From IMG/VR virus record IMGVR_UViG_3300045988_176106: a DNA stretch of 64,000 nt. The stretch is one strand, 5' to 3'. The DNA comes from a virus. The position numbers were made by a program, and so were the translations under genes. Of the stretch, positions 20,448 to 29,132 are shown in pieces (position 1 is the stretch's first letter; each line of letters opens with the position of its first letter). Below the pieces are notes generated by a model. That model was given only the letters and a program-made list of their open reading frames with translations, ran no database searches and was not told the DNA's origin.

Positions 20448-22164
20448 TATTACTATAAAGGGTACAAACTCTCATATAGTACAGCCGGAGATGGATATAG
20501 GGTTCTCTGAAATACCTTATACAAGATATCTAAAGCTGGCAGAAGATTTATCACAATCTTATCATCATACCAAATTTGGATGGGATAAACGCATAGATGA
20601 AAATGTAATTTATAGAGGATATTGGGTATCTGATAAAACTGTAATATCTAATACAAAAGGTATTTCATTTTTCCCAAAAATAAATAACGGAGAGATAGTA
20701 TTCGAGTTTGGCGATATCATTTATGATTATAGTGTATTTATAAATTCTAGAGACAGAGATAAATCCGGAATATACAAATTATATAAAAGGGGTGCCAGCG
20801 GCCCATATACATATATTGATAATAGTGACATCCCTATGGATGGAGTTTATAGTTATATAACAAATTCATACGCTGTCCCTGATAATAATTTTAAAATGAC
20901 CATAAAGATAGAGAAGCCAATATCTCCTAAGCTTATAGAATCAGGACTTGGTATATACACTCAGGATGAATTAGACTCTGCCGCTACAAGTATATCAACA
21001 CTATATAAAGATGATATAACATCAGATAATATATTGTCATACTCTGAAAAACCTTTTACTAAAAAGATAAAAGGTAAAACTGTATTATATTTAAAATTCT
21101 TCCCTATATACCCTAGTGTATCAGTATTTGATGATTCACTATCTCAGGTTACTATAGAGTCCGTTGACAATAAAAATGGTATAATATATATAGACGGTGA
21201 ATATGACAATCTAAATGTAATATATGGCATACTCCCAGAGCTAAAAATAGAAACTGGGATTGTGATAGATATATCTAAATCAATATCTCCAACAGATGAA
21301 ATAAATTTATTGTCTTTGTCCGAATATGATAATCAAGGGTTTATAATACCTAGTACAATAGATGATATAACCTTTGATGATAATGGTACATCTTATTCTG
21401 AAATGTCATTATCAATACCAGAAGAATATATTGGTTATTCAATATCGTCAGATACTGAAGTAAACATAAATGGGATATCAGCAAGGAATCCTAAATTTTA
21501 TACATCAAATAATGAGCAAGTTTTGTATGCCTCATTGCCAAATGACATAGGTTTACTTATAAATAAAATTGAACCTAAGGATGGCAAGTATGAATTTCCT
21601 GGGTATAAACCTGGTGGCCTATCTAGTATATATGGAATGTTTAAAAATAAGCATAATGGAGATATAAGGTTAGCCCATATATGCTTTACAAAAAAGGTTG
21701 AATCAGAACAACCAACTACTGGTAGTGTAACATTACAAATACAGGAAGATAAGGTTCATAAAATTATACATTTACCATCATGTGCATCTGAGTCGAGTAT
21801 AAGTATAAAAACAGAAGACAATAAAGATGTAGAGTTTAAATTTTATGCTCCTGATTTGGTAGAGATTCCAAAATACAGAGATATACAAACAGGAATAACT
21901 GTAACGTACAATTCTGTAATTCCAAATTCAAAAACTATATACATAAGAGACAAAAAGATAAACGAAGATTCATTATCTAACGTTATTTCAGAATATGGAG
22001 ATGATCTTTTAGGCTTATACGCTCTTTATTCTAGAGAGGTTAACTTAGATGTGTATGGTGTGAATTATAATAAAAATGAAATCCCATTAGGGACAGTAAA
22101 AACAAATATTTTATTTAGCGACAATGCTATAAAAGGTATGTCTGCAGTAATAAAAAATAGCTAG
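20428..22164 (+). CDS. fibre/baseplate-associated protein sharing an N-terminal adaptor with 26237..27961
   Basis: ORF-track start 20419 moved to the Met at 20428. MPTIQYNITIKGTNSHIVQ then aligns from residue 1 with MNTITYNIKIGGVEKAPHLVQ of the ORF at 26237. Confidence 0.6.
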   Translation: MPTIQYNITIKGTNSHIVQPEMDIGFSEIPYTRYLKLAEDLSQSYHHTKFGWDKRIDENVIYRGYWVSDKTVISNTKGISFFPKINNGEIVFEFGDIIYDYSVFINSRDRDKSGIYKLYKRGASGPYTYIDNSDIPMDGVYSYITNSYAVPDNNFKMTIKIEKPISPKLIESGLGIYTQDELDSAATSISTLYKDDITSDNILSYSEKPFTKKIKGKTVLYLKFFPIYPSVSVFDDSLSQVTIESVDNKNGIIYIDGEYDNLNVIYGILPELKIETGIVIDISKSISPTDEINLLSLSEYDNQGFIIPSTIDDITFDDNGTSYSEMSLSIPEEYIGYSISSDTEVNINGISARNPKFYTSNNEQVLYASLPNDIGLLINKIEPKDGKYEFPGYKPGGLSSIYGMFKNKHNGDIRLAHICFTKKVESEQPTTGSVTLQIQEDKVHKIIHLPSCASESSISIKTEDNKDVEFKFYAPDLVEIPKYRDIQTGITVTYNSVIPNSKTIYIRDKKINEDSLSNVISEYGDDLLGLYALYSREVNLDVYGVNYNKNEIPLGTVKTNILFSDNAIKGMSAVIKNS

Positions 22165-22172
22165 GAAAAATA

Positions 22173-25100
22173 ATGGCAAATTTACATTTAGATAGTGGCG
22201 CCCTTACACCTCAGCATGCTATTGAGGCTATAAACGAGGTATCACTTAATGTTGAAAACCTTAAGAATATAATAGGTGATGTAAATGGGTATGGCACTGG
22301 TATAGGTAATTCTTATAAGACATCTGTATCAGAATCTATAGGTGATTTCTCAAAGGTATCTCCTAATATTCCAGTAGGCGTTGTATTCTCCGACTATACA
22401 GACTCATTTAGCTCTGTGGGCATAAATGACTTCTATCTGACCCTTATTCCTATAGGTGATCTAACCATAAGAACTTCCGACAATAAAACGTATATAAAAG
22501 TGGAAGTAAATGATTTAAAAGAAGATAATCAATATTCTGTAATAGGTAGAAAATTATTATTCTTAAAAAATCCTATTGGAACATTTACCGTAAGTTACAA
22601 AGGTACATATCCTGGTTCTGAATATGGCGCAGGGTTTACACCAAACTGTATACCATCTCCATCTCTTCTTGCTGAAAACAAAATAACTAAACCTTCTGTT
22701 GTTAAAGTTTCAGACAGAGTATATGAGGTTACAGTATCTTCTTCAAATACATATGATAAGACTACATATCAGAAGAATGTAGATTTTGTATTAAAAGATA
22801 AATTTACAAAATTTATCTCTTCAACTGGTGCAATATTGGCTCCTAAAGAAGAAGTTTCAGTATGGAAACTATTCAATGGTGAATACCAGAAGATAGACGA
22901 TGCTAATATATATTTAATGTCTCCAAGTAAATATAGGTTTGAAACATCAATACCTATTAATACCTCAGACACTTTTGTATTGTCTGTTAATAACTGGACT
23001 GTATCAGACTCTCTTGCACTTCTATTTAAGTTTGCATTTAACCATTCTCACAATGGAGAAGAGCTAGGTTCTCAAATTTTACATAGTTCATTATCAGGAC
23101 TAAGAGCCAGCAGATATAATCAAGCTGATAGAAGATATGGTATATCTAATATACAAGGTGATGACCACCCTCAATATTTTAATAGGGAAGGGTATATACA
23201 AAATAATGATGGGAACTTTAATAATGCCATCATAGGTGATGTACTTATAGGGTCATCAGATCCTCATAACTTATATAACAATACTGTAGGAAATTCAAGA
23301 AAAATATATTTCGGAAGTGTATCTGATGCAGTATCATTACTGTATGATTTTGCTTTTAAAGGTTTAAAATTATACGGATCTGAAAATGGTCTAAAAATAG
23401 AGACGCACGCGAATCCCAATAATCCTGATAATTCATATGCAGTAGCGTTAGAACTTGATGGGAATAAGATATATTCAACCGGTGATAAAAACTCGTTACC
23501 AAATACCCTTAATATAGAGTCAAAAAATGGTGTAACTAAATTTGTAAACACAGAGGGTGGACTTAGCAAAATAATTGCTAAAACACTGAATATAAATGAC
23601 ATAGTTGCATCTGGTAATATAAGTATTACTGATCCTAGCTCTACATTAACAATTGGCGGAGTTAAATTTGCAAACTCAGATGGTAATGTAAATGTATCAT
23701 CAGAATCTGGAAATAAAATAACATTTGGTTCAGATGTTGACCTTTCAAATATTAATGTTGAAAACATGACCCCTAAAACAATTAATATCAAAGGCGAAGG
23801 AAAGATATTATTTGGTACACAGGACGGCGCAACATTAACAGAAAAAGACAACTCAATAGTTGTAACATCTAAACTACCAGTAGTGTTTGATGGCAGTGGT
23901 AAAAATACAGGCATTCAAAATAAGAATGCTACATATAATCCATATATGAACATATATACCTCTGCTAAGAATGGCGGATCATCAACACCAACAGACCATG
24001 ACACATATATAGAAGCTGGTAAAGGTGATATTTATTTCCTTAAAGATAGTACAGTCCCTCAGGTTGAAAATGGTATATCATACGGATTCGGAGATTCAAC
24101 ACCAGCAGGGTCTACAAGACTTGATAATTTAACATCATGGCCTAAATCAAATATACATGCATCAGTTGGTAATTTTAAATCTACCACAGTGGCTGTATCA
24201 TCTCTTAGAGAAAGAAGAGGTGTTAACTTCGGTGATGTTGGATCCATATATGTTACCGGTAGTGATACAGAATGTCCTCCAGGATGGATGGTTGTAGAAT
24301 CTAAGAATGGTGTAGTATTTGTTGATGCAAGAAGTGGGGCAATAGACTGTCAGTCTATGACCTATAGCACTATTACAACTGGTGATATAAAGGCATTCGG
24401 CAGCATAACTATAGATGAAAATCTTGGTGTAACAGGAAATACATCTGTTGCCGGAGATATAAGCTCAGAGAATATAAATGTAGTAGGCAAAGGTACATTT
24501 GGCACACTTGATATTAAAGGCACATCAAGATTTACTGGAGACGTATCATTTACAGAGAACGTAGGAATAAACTCCAACTTAAATGTAAACGGAACAATAA
24601 GCAGTAGCAACAGTATAAAAGGTAATGAATTATTCATTAAATCTAGATCTATACTGTCTGGCCCTGTTGATTTATCCGATTCGCTTAAAGTTGGCGGAGT
24701 ATCTTCTTTTGAGGGCGTTATAACAGCCGCCAGTGATTTACGTGTATCTGGGTCAATTAATTCTGCAAATGCAACTATAGAGAGAATATCTGCTTCATCA
24801 CTTAAAACTACAGAAGCAATAGATGCCAGAGGTGGTATAGCTTCATCTGGATTAATATCATCTACAGGCAATATAGAGACAACAAAAGATATTGTTGCGA
24901 ATATTGGTAGATTCTCTTCAAAATTAAGTACATTAGATTTTGATGCGCAAGGTTCTGTATCTATAAGTAAAACACTTACTGTTGAAGAAAAAGCAATATT
25001 TAATGGTCAGGCTGTAATAGGGTCAAAAGAAGCAGATAAACTTACTGTAAATGGTAATGCTATATTCAATAATGGCAAGACATCATTTGTAGGTGCAGTA

Positions 25101-26228
25101 GACGTTAATGATGATGCTACATTTAAATCTGACCTTAATGTAATTGGTACATTAGATTTGCAATCTAACGCAAATATACGGGGAAGTATAGATGTATCAG
25201 GCCCTGTAGTAGCATCTGCTAGTTTATCAGCAAAAACTATATCAACAGAAGAGCAAATGTATGTTGGATCTGATTTGAACGTTATTGGCATAACTAAGAT
25301 CGGTGGATCAATAGAAGTAAACGATGGCGCAATAATCAGGGGTGGCATATCTCTAGGTGAAGATGGTAAAATATTAACTGTGAGCAGTAACGCTCAATTT
25401 AATAATAATAAAACAATTTTCTCTGGAGAAGTTGATATAACAGATGTTTTAAATATATCTGGTGAAACTCATATCAACTCATCTATCACAATAGATGGTG
25501 CTCTTACAGCAGCTGGTAATACAACTGTTCAAGGTGTATTGACAGCAAACGTTGTTAGAACTGATGCACAGGCTGAATTTAGAGGCGGTATATCAGTTGG
25601 CAGACAAGCTAAATTAGAGGCTCTTGTTGTCGATGGTAAATCAATATTTAATAATGATGTAAACTATTATGGTACTATTGCTTACAACGGCGACATAACA
25701 ACACTATCAACATCAGTAGCTACACTTGGCACAGTTAACGTAACTAAGTTTATCAATCAGTCTGATAACTCGGGAACAAACCAATTTGCAGCATCAAGTA
25801 TATTCAATAACGATATAACAATTGCGGGCAACGCAACAATAAAAGGCTCTATAATATCTGGTACACCAACATCTGGTGTAACAATAGAAGGAAACTCTGT
25901 AACACTTAATGGCCCAACATCACTTATAACATCTAAAACAGCATTAATAGATAAAATAAGTGGCGGAGCTACTAAAGTGATAGGATCTATTTCCTCAAGA
26001 AACTCTACAGCAGCAACAAAAGCTGTAAGCCTGTCTAATAAACGCTACACAATAATGGATAATCTCTACGTAGAAGATTCTCAAGTTAACGCTAGTGATA
26101 TATTCTGTTTAGGAACATTATATGTAGGTGATATGCAGGTAATAGAGGTTCCTGGATCTAATAATAGATTTGATGAGAATTCTGCAGTGATGAACATACG
26201 TGCTGCTAGAGCTAGGTATGCCCCATAA
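22173..26228 (+). CDS. long tail fibre with repetitive central region, 1351 aa
   Basis: Central approx. 500 aa consists of degenerate short repeats rich in G/S/N/V/I (e.g. GNTSVAGDISSENINVVGKGTFGTLDIKGTSRFTGDVSFTENVGINSNLNVNGTISS...). AGGAAA Shine-Dalgarno-like motif upstream of the ATG. Confidence 0.7.
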   Translation: MANLHLDSGALTPQHAIEAINEVSLNVENLKNIIGDVNGYGTGIGNSYKTSVSESIGDFSKVSPNIPVGVVFSDYTDSFSSVGINDFYLTLIPIGDLTIRTSDNKTYIKVEVNDLKEDNQYSVIGRKLLFLKNPIGTFTVSYKGTYPGSEYGAGFTPNCIPSPSLLAENKITKPSVVKVSDRVYEVTVSSSNTYDKTTYQKNVDFVLKDKFTKFISSTGAILAPKEEVSVWKLFNGEYQKIDDANIYLMSPSKYRFETSIPINTSDTFVLSVNNWTVSDSLALLFKFAFNHSHNGEELGSQILHSSLSGLRASRYNQADRRYGISNIQGDDHPQYFNREGYIQNNDGNFNNAIIGDVLIGSSDPHNLYNNTVGNSRKIYFGSVSDAVSLLYDFAFKGLKLYGSENGLKIETHANPNNPDNSYAVALELDGNKIYSTGDKNSLPNTLNIESKNGVTKFVNTEGGLSKIIAKTLNINDIVASGNISITDPSSTLTIGGVKFANSDGNVNVSSESGNKITFGSDVDLSNINVENMTPKTINIKGEGKILFGTQDGATLTEKDNSIVVTSKLPVVFDGSGKNTGIQNKNATYNPYMNIYTSAKNGGSSTPTDHDTYIEAGKGDIYFLKDSTVPQVENGISYGFGDSTPAGSTRLDNLTSWPKSNIHASVGNFKSTTVAVSSLRERRGVNFGDVGSIYVTGSDTECPPGWMVVESKNGVVFVDARSGAIDCQSMTYSTITTGDIKAFGSITIDENLGVTGNTSVAGDISSENINVVGKGTFGTLDIKGTSRFTGDVSFTENVGINSNLNVNGTISSSNSIKGNELFIKSRSILSGPVDLSDSLKVGGVSSFEGVITAASDLRVSGSINSANATIERISASSLKTTEAIDARGGIASSGLISSTGNIETTKDIVANIGRFSSKLSTLDFDAQGSVSISKTLTVEEKAIFNGQAVIGSKEADKLTVNGNAIFNNGKTSFVGAVDVNDDATFKSDLNVIGTLDLQSNANIRGSIDVSGPVVASASLSAKTISTEEQMYVGSDLNVIGITKIGGSIEVNDGAIIRGGISLGEDGKILTVSSNAQFNNNKTIFSGEVDITDVLNISGETHINSSITIDGALTAAGNTTVQGVLTANVVRTDAQAEFRGGISVGRQAKLEALVVDGKSIFNNDVNYYGTIAYNGDITTLSTSVATLGTVNVTKFINQSDNSGTNQFAASSIFNNDITIAGNATIKGSIISGTPTSGVTIEGNSVTLNGPTSLITSKTALIDKISGGATKVIGSISSRNSTAATKAVSLSNKRYTIMDNLYVEDSQVNASDIFCLGTLYVGDMQVIEVPGSNNRFDENSAVMNIRAARARYAP

Positions 26229-26236
26229 TAAATGAC

Positions 26237-27961
26237 ATGAATACTATCACATATAACATAAAAATAGGAGGGGTCGAAAAGGCCCCTCATTTAGTGCAAT
26301 CTGATAACACTTTAAATACTATTTATGCAGTAGATACAAGAAGTTTAAATAAATCATTGTTCAATATAAGAAACACTTCTAAGGATAATGAAAATAGATT
26401 TATAAAGTTTGTATCTAAAACAATAAAGGGTATAACTGTAAAGTCTAATTCAGAAAATATATTAATAACAGATATATATGACAATGGTACACCATTGTAT
26501 AGAAAAACACCTATAAGATTTAAAGAATATGACTACATATTAATTAACGGTGTTAAGCCGGTATCCGATTCTAATTTTTTATACACAAATGATGATAGTG
26601 TTCATGTTTCTTATTACAAGAACAACTTATTGATATTGGAGTATGTAGATACAACATACCCTGTGTATATAAATTCCTCATACAAAAATTACGAATCAAT
26701 ATATTCTATAGATGGTAAAGTGTTTAAATCTGTATTTGATAAAGACCATTACACTATAACATGGAATAATACAGAAACATCGTACAAGGTATTAGATACT
26801 CCAATTTTTAATGTATCAGAATATTCTATTTATAATACTGACATGTTAAGTTTATTTATAAATAGCTTCATTATGAAAAGAAAAGGTATTAATTATTCTA
26901 CTATTAGGCACGGCCTTAATTTAGTAAAAGTAGAAAATGAAATAGCAAAGTATTCAAATAATGAGATTTTATTAAAAAATTCTGGTGTATCAAAAACTAA
27001 TATAAAGATATCTTTTATTAAAGACGGGGTGTCTGTAAAAGATATTCTAGGAAATTCTTTAGAGAATTATGAAATAGAACCCAAATATGGGTCAATTAAA
27101 CTACACAGATTTAAAGAAGAGATATCTGCAATATCTTATGATAAAGTTATAGTAGACTATTATTATTATGACTTTATATCTAATAATATAAAAATACCTA
27201 GATATATAGTAGACTCTTCTGAATATATATCTGTTGGGTTAACTAAGGATGGATTAAAATATTACGCTTATGATTCTTTTGGTTTTATTATATTTTCTAA
27301 CCATAAAATAAATAACTTGCCGTACGCAATAAATTTAGTTGATAAATCTCCTTTAAAATGGGAAATATCTGGACAGCCTGAAAATAGTGGCAATATGTAC
27401 ACTGGAGAAAAGGTAGCAGAAGATTTTATAGAGATATCAAAAATAAGCATTAAAGATATGTCAAAGCTTAAATATGTTTTAAATAAAAGACCATCCCTAC
27501 CAATATCTGGAGGACATGGGCTTAGAGAAATATATATTCCAAATCTTGCATATTGCAGAATAGTTATAGGAAAAGAAAAGGAATCGTATTTTAACTCTGG
27601 AGTTTCTGAGTTAAATGTAGGTATGTCAACCCAGGGAACATTATCATTGTATATGAGCACAGATACAAAAGTTGTATTTCAGCTAGACTACTCTAAAGAT
27701 AAATATAGTGATGATGTTGAATATGTTGATGAAGATATGCAAAAGGATCTAGATTTTAAAAATCCGACATTTATAAACAAGGACCCGTTAAAGTACGAGG
27801 TAATATATATAGATGGTAAAACATATTCCAAGCTTAATAGTATAAAGAAACACTATGATGACAAGGTTTATTTTATAGTAAACAAAGAGGACATAAAGCC
27901 GGGCTATAGATTTAGTGTAGTATACGGCGATTCAATCCCCACAATGGTGCATAAGATATGA
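26237..27961 (+). CDS. fibre/baseplate-associated protein (paralogous N terminus to 20428..22164)
   Basis: 574-aa ORF. The N-terminal 20 aa are shared with the ORF at 20428. Confidence 0.65.
   Translation: MNTITYNIKIGGVEKAPHLVQSDNTLNTIYAVDTRSLNKSLFNIRNTSKDNENRFIKFVSKTIKGITVKSNSENILITDIYDNGTPLYRKTPIRFKEYDYILINGVKPVSDSNFLYTNDDSVHVSYYKNNLLILEYVDTTYPVYINSSYKNYESIYSIDGKVFKSVFDKDHYTITWNNTETSYKVLDTPIFNVSEYSIYNTDMLSLFINSFIMKRKGINYSTIRHGLNLVKVENEIAKYSNNEILLKNSGVSKTNIKISFIKDGVSVKDILGNSLENYEIEPKYGSIKLHRFKEEISAISYDKVIVDYYYYDFISNNIKIPRYIVDSSEYISVGLTKDGLKYYAYDSFGFIIFSNHKINNLPYAINLVDKSPLKWEISGQPENSGNMYTGEKVAEDFIEISKISIKDMSKLKYVLNKRPSLPISGGHGLREIYIPNLAYCRIVIGKEKESYFNSGVSELNVGMSTQGTLSLYMSTDTKVVFQLDYSKDKYSDDVEYVDEDMQKDLDFKNPTFINKDPLKYEVIYIDGKTYSKLNSIKKHYDDKVYFIVNKEDIKPGYRFSVVYGDSIPTMVHKI
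26268..26288 (+). terminator. GC-rich hairpin (terminator/attenuator-like) embedded 31 nt into ORF 26237
   Basis: gaggggtc gaaaa ggcccctc: 8-bp stem including one G-U pair, 5-nt loop, followed by attt. Lies just downstream of the fibre gene stop at 26228 and is very GC-rich against an AT-rich background. Confidence 0.4.
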
Positions 27962-28350
27962 GGAAGTTTATTGAAAATCAGCAATTTAACTATGTTAATG
28001 ACATATTAAATCTATCGCTTCTTAATGGCAATATAAATAGACTTGGCATTGATTTTATAAATAGAAGCCTGCTGAGAGTATCTTTGCAAGCAAATCCATC
28101 TGTTGAATTTCTTAAAGAGTCATTAGACAGAATAGATAAACAGATTGAAGACTGGTACTCTGGATATGTTAAGAAAATAGATTTAGTAGAATCTAATAAT
28201 ATGTTTATACAGCTATTAAATCTGTCAACAGAAGATAGTGGATATTACTCTCTGTTTGAGATAGACACATCGAATTCCGACTCTGTTATATATTCCTTAT
28301 CAGACAAAGGTTATGTACTTAGCAGTTATGACGAGAAAGAACTATTATAA
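27958..28350 (+). CDS. hypothetical structural-module protein
   Basis: 130-aa ORF with an ATGA overlap to the upstream gene. Confidence 0.65.
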   Translation: MRKFIENQQFNYVNDILNLSLLNGNINRLGIDFINRSLLRVSLQANPSVEFLKESLDRIDKQIEDWYSGYVKKIDLVESNNMFIQLLNLSTEDSGYYSLFEIDTSNSDSVIYSLSDKGYVLSSYDEKELL

Positions 28351-29132
28351 TGGAAATAAAGAAAACATTTTCTTCAGAGTCATTATTTTTTAATAAGATA
28401 ATACTTAAACCAAAAATATCAGATATTTTTGTAAAATCAATATCATCTATAAATAGTTCTGGAACAGTAACACCTATAATGACCAATCCTTTTTATATAG
28501 ATGATATAGTAAATATAAACAGTTTACATAAAGACTCAATAGCAATTGAGATAGTCTTCGAGCATAATAATTTTACGTCTAATACTGAAATATCAGATTA
28601 TATAGATGTAGATATATCTAGGATAAGAAGTAATTACACTGGTGTATTGAAAACTAAACCTGTCGAAATATTATGTAAAAATTATATAGCTCCTATAATA
28701 AAAATAGATAATAGCAACGGTGTTATAGTTTCTGCAGATGTAAGTGTAAGAGGCATATCTTCTGATGGAAGAACATTATTTAATGAATCACTTAATATAG
28801 GTATAGGTGATTCAAAAGAATATATATATAAAAAAGACGGCAATATAGAATTTGATAAGATAAGATTCTTTAAAGATGGCATAGTTAGTAAATATTCTAA
28901 ATCGACAAACATAGACACGTTTGATGAAGAGACAATTTATATTTGCCACCCTAAATATATAGATAGTTCAGAGAAAAAGAGTATATCGGAGAATATAGAA
29001 ATAAATAGCAACAATAATATCTTTATATTAAATAAGGATACATATAAGGTTGAATGTTCTATAACTGCTACAATACTTGATACATTGTCGTCTTATCCTA
29101 TAATAAAATATATAGGGGTAGTATCTAGATGA
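28350..29132 (+). CDS. hypothetical structural-module protein
   Basis: 260-aa ORF with a TAATG overlap. Confidence 0.65.
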   Translation: MEIKKTFSSESLFFNKIILKPKISDIFVKSISSINSSGTVTPIMTNPFYIDDIVNINSLHKDSIAIEIVFEHNNFTSNTEISDYIDVDISRIRSNYTGVLKTKPVEILCKNYIAPIIKIDNSNGVIVSADVSVRGISSDGRTLFNESLNIGIGDSKEYIYKKDGNIEFDKIRFFKDGIVSKYSKSTNIDTFDEETIYICHPKYIDSSEKKSISENIEINSNNNIFILNKDTYKVECSITATILDTLSSYPIIKYIGVVSR

